Source: Selaginella moellendorffii
Lineage: Eukaryota > Plantae > Lycopodiophyta
DNA: 64,000 nucleotides
Reading direction: 5' to 3'
Assembly (NCBI RefSeq): GCF_000143415.4
Contig: NW_003314454.1
Coordinates: forward strand, 1-64,000
This document shows positions 50,604-61,713 of this stretch, one piece after another (positions within the stretch are counted from its first letter, which is position 1; every line of letters begins with the position of its first letter). A program made the translations under genes and the position numbers. The notes beneath the pieces are model-generated. The model searched no databases, was not told the origin of the DNA, and saw only the letters and a program-made list of their open reading frames with translations.

Positions 50604-52730
50604 ACTCACAAAACCAGGGGTCATGTTGTATATGGAGAGGCAATCTTCAAGAGGTTTGTCGAGACATGTAGCGAGCAGCAACCACATAAAACCCGCCTCT
50701 TGGAAGATGGAACTCGAGACACCCAACGAGTTCTCCCTTCCATGTATACCAAGGGTATTAGAAGATGTGAATCAGGAACTCCAAAGTAATGGCTACAGGA
50801 AGCTGAGCCAATCTAGATTTAGTAGATTGTGGAGCAACAGGTTTAGGGATGTGAGTATAGGAAAGTACTCCAGCTTTTCAAAGTGTGACGAGTGCACTGC
50901 TATCAAAATGGCTTTGTCGAAGAATTCTTGCATCGCTCAAGAGCGAGAGACGTTGGTTAGAAGGCGGCTCGACCACAATATCGAGCAGAGAAGCTGCAGA
51001 GCTGCATATTATCATAACAGGATTCTCTCCATGCAGAGACCTGACTCTTACCTCTGCATCATCCACGACAAAATGGACCAGAAAAAGACGTGCTTACCTC
51101 GACTCAATCCTGCCCCCAAGGCAATCTCTTCATCCATGCAGCTGCCTGTGTCTCTGTTTGGCATAATCGCTCATGGGCATGGTGCCTAGAACTATGGGAA
51201 CTTCTTTGTACCTCTATGGGGTGGCGGGGGTGCAAACATGATGATTGCGTCCCTAGCAAAACACTTAAGGTCTCTGCAAAGTGCGCAGACTGAGTTGAAC
51301 GGCCAACCCTTGCATAAGGCCCTTGTCGATCGAACCCCATACAGGGTTCAGCTGGAGGAGGAGCAAAGGCTTGCAGTATCGCGTGGGGCCCCATGCCATC
51401 CCAGTGAATATGTTGGCCGTCAGATTGTAGGGTTATCACGTGAGGCCTCATGCCATTCCGACGAGGCTGGTGGCCCAGTGAATGCACAGCCTCATCCAAA
51501 CGAAGCAGAATCTCAAGGAAGTTCTTGCGGCTGATGTGGCCTTCCACCCCATCTTCTGCTCCAAACAGACAATGCTGGCAGTGAGAACAAAAACATGTAC
51601 GTCTTCACGTACTTGGCTTTCTCATGGTTGGGCACACTCATGAAGACGTCGATGCCATGTTCAGTCACCTGGCAGAGTCCCTCTGGCGATTCAATGTCCT
51701 CACCCTCCCACAACTCTACGATGAATTCCAAAATTGCATCAAAGGCACTGTTGAAGCTGCACTTGTGACAGAGGTTCCAGACTTTAAGGGGTTTGTAAGA
51801 GGCTACATCAGGGATGGATCCGAAATGCTGATTGGCCACTCCAAGCCTCTTCAGTTTCATTTCAGCATGCGTGACGGTGCTCTAGTGATGAAGTACAAGA
51901 TGAGAGAATGGGACACAGTGTGGCTGCCAATGGACGGCATTGAACTCTTCAAGAGAGATCCCATAACTGGGGAACCTATGATTCCTCAGGGTTCCCCACG
52001 GCCGATGCACCCGGATGGACTCAAAGACCAGGAAAGTATAGTGGCCGGGATTAGACAGCATATTGCCTTTTGGAAGAGGGGGTTGGTGTTTGGTGGAGAA
52101 TCCTATTTTCAGAGGTGCAAGCCTTTGATCAAATACTGGGAGAAGATTATATCTGCTATCTAAAATGGGCCGGTTGTATATGAAGAATTGGAAGAGTCCT
52201 TTTGGCCAGAACCCAGAGCACCAGATATTAGCGGAACAATGTCCTCTGGAAATGCAGTGACAGATAACGATGTTGAGGATCACTATTGTGGGCCGAGGAA
52301 CAAGAAGCCGGATTCAGCATTCAATCCAGTACAGGTCTGCAAAGGAATGGTCGTGCTTGTCAGACCCAGTAATAAAAAACAAATGATATGGGTGGGGCGC
52401 TGCATCACTGATGCAAAGGAGGACGCGGAAACTAACTCCTTCAATGTAACTGTGGAGTGGTTCAAGCCAAGTTCCGGATATACGAAGGATTGCCTAGAAA
52501 AGAGATGGGTGCTGAATCCAAGGGATCCCAGCATGAGCATATCGGTGGATAATGTTGTGCATGGTTGGATGCGGAAGCAGAGTGCCACCATCACCTTGCC
52601 AGACCATGCAAGAGATGCAGCAAGAGCATTCATAACCCGGGTTCAAGGTGAGATTCATTAATATTCCTTTACTAAGTTTCTAATGTATTTTATTTCAAGG
52701 TGAACAATCCGAATCTGAATCAGAGGAGGC
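50604..52730 (+). pseudogene. Sola-like (DDD) DNA transposase remnant with a C-terminal beta-barrel-like domain
   Basis: FSKCDEC, YLCIIHDKMDQKK, LLLQTDNAGSENKN, VGHTHEDVDAMFS, then MVVLVRP..IWVGRC..VTVEWFKP. Frameshifts and stops; 5' end lost. Confidence 0.7.
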
Positions 52731-54309
52731 ATGATGGCATGTGGCCTTACGCCATTCCTAGGTGAGATGATACAAATAACAAGTATAAATTCTTAGTTGT
52801 TCTAGCAAATTTTACTTAAAGTTCAAGGTGAACAAGCCGAATATGAATTCATCGGATTGTTATAACAAATTGTGAGGTGATGGCATGAGGCGATACGCCA
52901 TTTGAGAGTGGTAGCCATTCCTATATGAGGTGAGTGAAATATTTATTAGAAATACCTCATTCAATTGTGCACTTCTAAGTCTTGGCCCACTCAGTACTGT
53001 TTGCATGTTTTTATTTTAATTCTTTCTCTAAAATGTTATTTAGCATGTGGCTTCATGCCATTGCTCTCCACAATCATGCATTGAATTTTTCTATCCTTGC
53101 ATAATACTTCTCCATATATATAGCATGTGCACACATGTGATATGGTTCATTAGGCCTGATATAGTGTGTGAGGTAAAACAAAGATGATGTGACATATGCA
53201 TTTACCAATCACACGTGCATAAATCTAATAATATGGCGTGTGGCCCATATTAATGGCACATAAACCCATATTGTGGGCTTACGTGCTTTATGTACCATCA
53301 TTCCCTTGCAGCGTGTGTGTTGGTTTCCTTTTATAACACAACAAACTCCATATTTTAGGGTGAAGAGTGTTCTCATGGCAAGCACAAAATCTGTAAGTGA
53401 GGCAGAAAAGGAGACGGAGAAGGAGATAGGTGAAGATGTAGAATATATAAGTCTTCCAAACTCCCCGTACTATACTCCAGGTGATCATTTTTCTGAACAA
53501 ACGGCAACATTAACAACTATCGAGAACGCCCCAGTAACGTCAGAGACAACAATCCAAAACAAAACAACTGACCTGGAGAAGGATGATAGTACCGCTGAGA
53601 GTACCAAAAAGGAGGTGTCCACTAGCGCTTAGGCTTATAATGGCGTGTGCCCTCATGCCATTTACTTGATCACCAAATACCTTTTTCCCTTTGCACTAGT
53701 ATATCTTAATACCGGTCTGAGAAATAGAATGGCATGTGCCCTCAGGCCTTTTACTAAATCACCTTTGAAAGAAATGCAAGCTTCTATATCGTAAAAAAAA
53801 GGTACTAGAGAAATTCCTTAATAATATGAATGTTATTTAGTTTCATGAAAATACACTAAAGGTCAAATGAGTTAAATGACTTCTCCAGACTAGCAATGCC
53901 TCTTGCTACACCTTCACAATTAAATTCGTTAGAAAAAGATAACATTGAATAATATCTAAATGTTCTCACCATTAAGTTATATGTATGGCTAATAGGAATG
54001 ACGTTCATCTTGGAAAGCTCACCACACGCTCAATGAACAAACAAATAGTGTGTGTGCACATGCCATCGCTCTTCTTTAACTTCAGATTCGACTTGTTCAC
54101 CTTGACAATGAGATTTATTATACAACCAGATGGACTCAGTCTGGACACAAAGTCACCGCGCTAGTCACCATGCCCCAGATATGTCTAGCCCCTGGACAAA
54201 AAATATATAATTTCACGTCATTTTCAAATACTTGAAAATTTGTACCTAGTCCCATTTTACTGAATAAATCCCACTTTAACGAAATAGAGCATTTATGGCC
54301 AAATAAGGA

Positions 54310-57300
54310 CAAGGTCCTTGGTTGGCTAAGGAAGGAAGTTCCTGATTCAAAATGTTGATTTGAACTATTTAAGATGGTATGGCTTGGTCAAAGTGATCAA
54401 GTGGGAAGAGCACCTAAGGGAAATAAGTTGTGTCCGTGCAATGGCATAGTGAGTCTGAGGAAAGTAGTCTCTATAAAAGACCCATGGGAGGGTCACGAAG
54501 TTAGGCCGTGGATAGAGCCCATAGCAGAAGATGCTAAAGAGACGTACTAAGAGCAAACATCCTCCAGACTTGGCAAAGAAGAGTCTTTGCTATGGAACCG
54601 AAGAGATACTTCGAAAATGGAGGTAGCGATCCTGTGTTGCTAGGTGCAACAATCAAGGATAGGAGCAAAGGACTAGTGGCCAAGTTTGGGCCATGGAATT
54701 TAATGGAAGGGATCCAAATGGCAAAGTTAGCCAAGGAACACTAATGTGTTGGATGCTAACGGATTATTGGAAAGCAATGTGTTTCCAAGGATAGGTTCTC
54801 AATTGCTCCGATTTGGCGAAGGGGGAAGCTCCAAGGGATGGAGCGGTAAGGTAGCCAAATGATAGGGCCGTGGACAGCCCTAGCACAAATTACGATAACT
54901 GGAATTTAGTGCAAAATGTGGCATGAAATCGAAAAGAGGATGATGTTGCCCTCAAGTAGAGAACTTCCTAGGATGGGGAAGTGGAGTTGCACAATATGTG
55001 CAATGCAAGGTGTCGGAGATGCCTAGGAAATTGACTTTGAGAAGTCAAAATTAAAAGTTCCAAAGTGCAAGGGTTATACCGATGGAAAATGAGACCACTC
55101 GAGAATGAGTAGTGGGAGAAGGTGCCTCCAACAAGTTTAGTGAGAACTAAACCAATAAAATGAGAGAACTGCCACAAATGGTCAAATGAGCCTCTAAGTA
55201 GGAGAGGCTATGCTCCTTAGAGGATGGACAAGGCATGGTGAGCCTTTGGTGTCAAACCATAGACAAATATTGGCTGGATGCCAAGGATGGAAATGGTAAA
55301 ACGTGTGGGTGTTACTTTATGAAAGGGTTACCGTTTGATGAGGACATTGAACTTTGTCTATGGGTGGTGGAGTTGTGAGACACAAAATCCCTAGGCCCCA
55401 AAGTGGAGCCGAAAGGGTGCCATGTGGTAGTGGCCGAAGCGAAAGCCAAACGAGCGTAACACGTTTGGACTAAAAGCTCTGACTTGAAAAGGTCGAGAGT
55501 GGGAGTGGAACTCTCAATGAAGTGCTCGAGGAACGAGCACGAAGCGAGCCATAAGCGAGGCTCCAAAAAGGGACCCAAAAGGACCAACACATGACATGTG
55601 GAAGTGTCTGAGATGGACCTGAGTTGGGGTCCGAAGTGGAGTCCAAAGTGGAGTCCAAGATGGACCCGAGTTGGAATCCAAAGTGGAGTCCGAGATGGAG
55701 TCCGAGATGGACCCAAGATGGAGTCCGAGATGGACCCGAGATGGAACCCGAGATGGAGTCCGAGCTGGAGTCCGAAGTGGAGTCCAAAATGGACCCGAGT
55801 TGGAGTCCGAAGTGGAGTTCGAGATGGAGTCCGAAATGGACCCAAGATGGAGTCCGAGATGGACCCGAGATGGAGTCCGAGATGGACCCGAGATGGAGTC
55901 CGAGATGGAGTCCGAGGTGGAGTCCGAGGTGGAGTCCGAGGTGGAGTCCAAGGTGGACCCGAGATGGACCCGAAATGGAGTCCGAGATGGAGTCCGAGAT
56001 GGAGTCCGAGATGGACCCGAGATGGAGTCCGAGGTGGAGTCCGAAGTGGAGTCCAAGATGGACCCGAGTTGGAGTCCGAAGTGGAGTCCGAGATGGAGTC
56101 CGAAATGGACCCAAGATGGAGTCCGAGATGGACCCGAGATGGAGTCCGAGATGGAGTATGAGGTGGAGTCCGAGGTGGAGTCCAAGGTGGACCCGAGATG
56201 GACCCGAAATGGAGTCCGAGATGGAGTCCGAGATGGAGTCTGAGATGACTCCGAGATGGAGTCCGAGATGGAGTCCGAGATGGACCCGAGATGGAGTCCG
56301 AGATGGACCCGAGATGGAGTCCGAGATGGACCCGAGATGGAGTCCGAAGTGGAGTCCAAGATGGAGTCCGAGATGGACCCAAGATGGAGTCCAAGATGGA
56401 CCCAAGATAGAGTCCGAGATGGACCCGAGATGGAGTCCGAGATGGAGTCCGAGGTGGAGTCCAAAGTGGAGTCCAAGATGGACCCGAGTTGGAGTCCGAA
56501 GTGGAGTCCGAGATGGAGTCCGAAATGGACCCAAGATGGAGTCCGAGATGGACCCGAGATGGAGTCCGAGATGGAGTCCGAGGTGGAGTCCGAGGTGGAC
56601 CCAAGATGGACCCAAAATGGAGTCCAAGATGGACCTGAGATGGAGTCCGAAGTCGAGACCGAGACCGAGACCGGGACCAAGACCGAGACCGAGATCGGGA
56701 CCGAGACCAAGACCAAGGACGAGGCCGAGACCGAGCCCGAGCCCGAGTCCGAGTCCGAGTCCGAGTCCGAGTCCAAGTCCGAGTCCGAGTCCGAGTCCGA
56801 GTTCAAGTCTGAGAGGGTGAAAGCCCAAAGCGTTCGTCTCCCAGACCCTGGGGGGTTTGGTGAGCTCCAAAAGTATAGTAGGGGGAGGACTGCAGTGGAG
56901 CCAGTTTGGCCAGGAAAGGCCAGTTTGGCCCAGGAAGGCCAGACCCAGTGTTGGGTGATGAGCTGCCCATTGGGAAGTCCAAAACTAGAGTGAACACGGA
57001 CCGACAAGCGGGGTAGCTTGGTGAAGTGTTCAAGAGCCGGCTCTAGTTCCCCCGGGAGATCGACTGGCCGATGCTCCCAGTCCAAGTGGGGGTGGCACTA
57101 CCTACTTGGATACCTGTTGTGGCTCAATGGAACCTCGTTCTAAGCCCATGGCTAGAGCACCTAAAGGCGAAAGGCAGGGAGAGTACCCATGAGGCTTGCG
57201 TAAGGCCATGGTGTTCCGAAATGTTGTCCCAAAGTCCCAAATGGTGAAAGGAAAGAGGAGTAGGCCTCTAATGCAGTGACCAGGGATGCGGTCACATGGT

Positions 57301-57806
57301 GAGGAAGCCCCAAAGGATAGTGGGACTTAGTGGTCGGGCCTGCGGGCCTCGATCCAGTGGCAGTGTTGGCGGACACGGCCATGGATGAAAAGGGACTTGG
57401 TAGGACTGGAAAAGAGATGTTGGGGAAGGCTATTCCCCATATCTGCGGGCATCCTAGGGATGCTAAGGAGTGGATCTGGGATGATCACTCATGGATGGAT
57501 GGCCCAGTCTTTGAGAGACGGGATTATGATGCAGGTGGCGTTAGACCACCAGTGTGACCAAGGTGAATGGGCATGGCCTAGCGTAACGGGTTGGTATGTT
57601 GGTGGTACCTTGGGGTGTCGGTCATGGGATCAAACAAGTGGAGCACTTGGACCAAGTGCAAAGGTTGAGTGGCAGGGATGCCATTCTCGGGGCTAGCAAG
57701 CCCCAAGTCCTAACTGGGACTTATGGAGGTTGTGAATGAGACTCCTCCAAGTGGTCGGAGGTGTGGTTAAGTGACTAAAGTAAAATGGAAAATTTAGTCA
57801 TTTACA
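54310..57806. mobile_element. LTR-like G-rich non-coding block containing a satellite; left end undefined
   Basis: Ends ..TTTAGTCATTTACA at 57806 directly against copia integrase sequence. Shares GGGTGAAAGCCCAAAGCGT..TCCAAAnGTATAGTAGGG (56815-56883) with the family A LTR (9625-9693). Confidence 0.5.
55610..56810. repeat. Tandem minisatellite: 12/11-bp units GAGATGGAGTCC / GAGATGGACCC grading into 6-bp GAGACC and GAGTCC units
   Basis: Directly visible; explains the overlapping repetitive ORFs on both strands. Confidence 0.97.
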
Positions 57807-60065
57807 TGCACGTTCAAAACCTCCTCCTTCATTCTCGCAATCCCAACAAGATCCCAGAAGAGCTTTAGACTGGTCAAAGACAATCGGTGGTGCATCTCAG
57901 GTGTTTTGGTTGTTTAAGCTTTGCAAAAAGGGTTGATGAGCATCTCGGTAAATTGGAGAGTAGAAGCAAGTTGGCCTTTCTTGTTGGATACAACTCCAAT
58001 TCAAAAGGATATTGCTTGTACCAGCCTGGTAATCATCAAATTTTTGTAAGCACTGACGTTCGTTTTGATGAAGGAACACTCTATAAAGATTGCGTTCAAG
58101 AAGAAGGAAGCTCAAATCAAAACGTGAAATGGAGTTGGGATGGTGTTGAAGACGTTGATGAAGATGACGATGATCTAACAATCATCTATCCCTCATCTCC
58201 TTCGATAGACGATCATCTAACACCAGTTTCTAGATCTTTTCTTCCTGAAGAATAGGGTGATGCTGCTCATCATGCACAAACTGGAGAAGTTGATAGGCTC
58301 ACACGTGATCTACCATTCAATGTGGAGAACTATGGGTGGACATCATTTGGACGATCAAGCAGAGCACCTCATACCAAGCAGTGGTCTTTTGCAGCAACAA
58401 AAATAACTTCTGAACCAGTCAACTTTAAGTAGGCGATTCAAGCTCCTGATGCAAATAAGTGGATTTCAACAATGCAAGATGAGTTGAATTCTCTTGATGA
58501 GAACCATTGGTGGAAGCTCCTGAAGGACTTGAAGTTGTCAGATCACGTTGGGTGTTCAAGCTTCACAAAAATCCTAATGGATCAGTTCAGTGTGACTTGT
58601 TGCTCAAGGATATTCACAAGTTCTTGGAGTGGATTTTGATGAGACATTCTCACCAATTGTGAAGCAAACAAGCATGAAACAGCCTTCCTTAATGGGAACT
58701 TGAAGGAGGAGATATTTATGCGGCAACCCCCAGGCTTTGAGCTTTTTGGATCACGGCGCTTTGAACTCGTCTGCAAGCTTCACAAGGCTCTTTATGGCCT
58801 TAAGTAGGCTTCCCGTCAGTGGTATGAATGTTTGGATTCTTTTCTTACGGGTCTTGTTATGCAAAGGTTGAACAACGATGGAAATCTATATCTTCTTCAG
58901 CAGGGTGATCACTCTGTTGTGATGGCAGTTTATGTGGACGACTGTTTGATTGTCAGCAACAATGACACTGTTTTGAAGGATTTGAAGATCAAACTCATGA
59001 ACAGGTTTGTGATGAAGGACTTAGGAGCTGTGTGGCAGCTGTTAGGATGGAAGTTGACAGGGATGAAGCAGACAGGACAATCATCCTCACACAGCACCAA
59101 TACATGAAGAAGCTTCTCAACCAGTTCAACATGACAAGTTGCAAATCCGTGGCTACACCAGTCATCACCGACATCAAGTTTACAAGCAAGATGGATGATT
59201 TATTTGATCAGCCCTTGGTCTACCGATCGCTTGTTGGAGGACTACTCTATCTTGCCAACATGACACGCCCCGACATCTCCTTTGCTATTGGTCTCCTCAG
59301 CCGATACATGCAATCTCCAAGTTGTTATCATTGGCAGATGGCGAAGAGAGTTTTGAGGTATTTGAAAGGAACGGCTGCTCATGGATTGGTTTACAAATGC
59401 TCAGGTTAGTCCAAACTTGTTCTTCAAGCTTATTGCAATGCAGATTGGGCTGGCAACTTGGATACACGACATTCAACCTTCAGAATTTGCTGCATAATTG
59501 CTGGTGCTCCGGTTTCATGGGGAAGCAAGAAGCAAACAACAGTTGCTCTTTCCAGTGCAGAAGCAGAGTATGTAGCTGCCAGTACATTTCCAGTGCAGAA
59601 GCAGAGTATGTAGCTGCCAGTACAGCAGTAAGGGAGATCATCTGGCTTCGTCGATTACTTGGAGAACTCAACAACAGCAATCAAATGCGACCATTCTGCA
59701 TTGCGACAGCAGAAGTGCAATTGCCATGTCAAAGGATCCTGTGTTTCATGCTTGTACAAAACATATAGATGTGCAGCATCACTTCATTCACGAACATGTA
59801 GCAGCTGGAGATCTTCACCTGGAATGCATTCCTTCACAGTATCAGTTGGCAGACCTTCTAACCAAGCCACTTTCAGAGTTCACATTCATCAAGCTGAGGA
59901 ATCAACTTGGAGTTGCAAGCACCCTCAACTTGAAGGGGGAGTGTAGGAATAATGATGAACACGACAAGCAAGACAATTCATATCAGAAACAGTCTGAATC
60001 GTGATCAGATCTCTGGTGATTTCCGATTTGATTGAAGTTGTATATATATACAGCCATACATGAAT
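57807..60065 (+). mobile_element. Ty1/copia remnant: integrase C-terminus, RT, RNase H, PPT and start of 3' LTR (59942-)
   Basis: HLRCFGC..KLESRS..FLVGY; AFLNG.LKEEIFM.QP; ALYGLK*ASRQW; AVYVDD; TRPDISFA; SSAEAEY; TKHIDV; QLADLLTK; GAAGGGGGAG then TG. Has stops, deletions and a 38-bp tandem duplication (59549-59624). Confidence 0.93.
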
Positions 60066-61713
60066 CAAGGTGCGTGTTGAAGTGAAATCCATTGTTCTTG
60101 CTCCGCTTTTCTTTCACCAGCAGCCATCAAACTCCCACAGGCCGTGAGTGCAGCTACAAATGTCGCAGAGTTCATTGTCACCCCGTTCAGATCCATCTCA
60201 CACACCACCTCCGGAGCTCGTTTGTTCTTCCCGTTGTCAACATATCCCTGTACCAAGCACGTCCATGAAACAACGTTCCGCTTCACCATCTTGTCAAAAA
60301 CTTCTTGAGCTTCCGCCATACTGCCGCACTTGGCGAGGAGATTCACCACTGCAGTCTCCACGTAAACGTCCCAGCATCTGTTCCTCACCGCCTGAAGATG
60401 AATCCGCTTGCCTTTCTCTAACCAGTGATTCAAGCGTTTCTGCTCGGCTGCCAAAGCAGTGCAGGCTGTGATTGCAGTGACGAAAGTTCTAGCAGCCGGA
60501 GGAGCTTCAGCTTCTTCGGCCATGCCTTCGAACAGTTTCAGTGCGACTTCGCTCTTCCCGTTATCAACGTATCCTTGCATCAGAGCAGTCCAGGAAACCA
60601 CGCTGCGGCTGCTCATCTTGTCGAAGACGTCACGGGCCTGCTGCATTTCGCCAAGCTTGGCATACATATCCACCAGCGTGTTCTGGACGAAAATGTTGTC
60701 GCAGCAGCTGCTTGTCACCGCCCGGGAATGAATCGACTTTCCTCTTCTCAGCCAGTTGCAGCTTCCCACAGCGCTCGCTGCTAACGAAGTGCAAGCAGTC
60801 GGTGCAGCAACGAAAGTTCTAGCGTTGGGGATTGTCGAACTCATACCGTCAAAAAGCCTCAGAGCGAGCGCACTCTCGCTGTTGTCAACGTAACCTTGCA
60901 GAAGAATCGTCCATGAAACCGCATCAGGCCTTCTCATCCTCTCAAAAACACTTCTAGCCTTCACCATGGAGCCGCACCTCGCGTAAAGTTCAATCAGCGC
61001 ATTCTGCACGAAGGAGTTGTCGGAGCAGTTCTTTTCCAGTGCTTGCCGATAGATTTCTTCTCCCTTTTCCAACCATCTCCTGGAGTTTCCTCTCTGTTCA
61101 ACAGCCAAAGCAGCACAGCCCGTCAGTGCTGCAACTAGAGTTCTCGCATCCGCAACGCAGTCAAAGTGTTTCCAACGAAAGAATCGAAACATCTCCTCTT
61201 CAAAGCCTGCGCATGAATGATTTTTCCCTTGTCAAACCATCTGCTGCAGTCACCACCTTGAGCTTCTGCTGCTAAAGAAGCGCAAGCTGAACATAAGTCC
61301 TAGCATCCCGAGCGGCAGAATTTTCCCATACGATCGAAAATCTCCAGAGCCAACTCGCTCTTTCCATTGTCGACATATCCCAGAATGATGCAGTTCCAAC
61401 AGACCGTATCGGGAGAGGAAATCCCGTCGAAAATCTTCCGAGCCTCAGCAACGCTTCTACACTTTGAGTACATTTTGATCAAGCCGCTGCACAAATACGT
61501 ATTGGAGGCTAAGCCTTGTTCAACCGCCTTAGCATGAAGCTGTTGCCCTCTTTTCAAATCCCTCGTGTGACTGCATTCCTTCACCGCATCCAGCAACCCG
61601 CGGACGCTGATCTTCCCAGCGTCCTTGGATGATCCCCAGGACCCGGAATCTGTTCGAGAGCTTGAGGTCTTACCGCTGATTGAAAGAAGAAGAGCAGCAT
61701 TACCCTCCTCCAA
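60066..61713 (-). pseudogene. PLS-class pentatricopeptide repeat gene, frameshifted and 3'-truncated
   Basis: Repeated ALIELYARCGSMVKARSVFERM..DAVSWT..GYVDN and ARTFVAA..AC..GK.IH triplets. Frameshifts/deletions near 61310 and 61170. Stops at the copia LTR junction with no E/DYW domain. The true start may lie slightly upstream. Confidence 0.85.

Noticed and set aside
53273-53632. 119-aa acidic/Thr-rich ORF after the Sola-like transposase
   Set aside because: Low complexity, non-ATG start and no motif; could be an exon of a second element gene but unsupported.
55312-57085. Long ORFs (up to 523 aa) on both strands
   Set aside because: By-products of a stop-free tandem repeat; translations are pure low-complexity.
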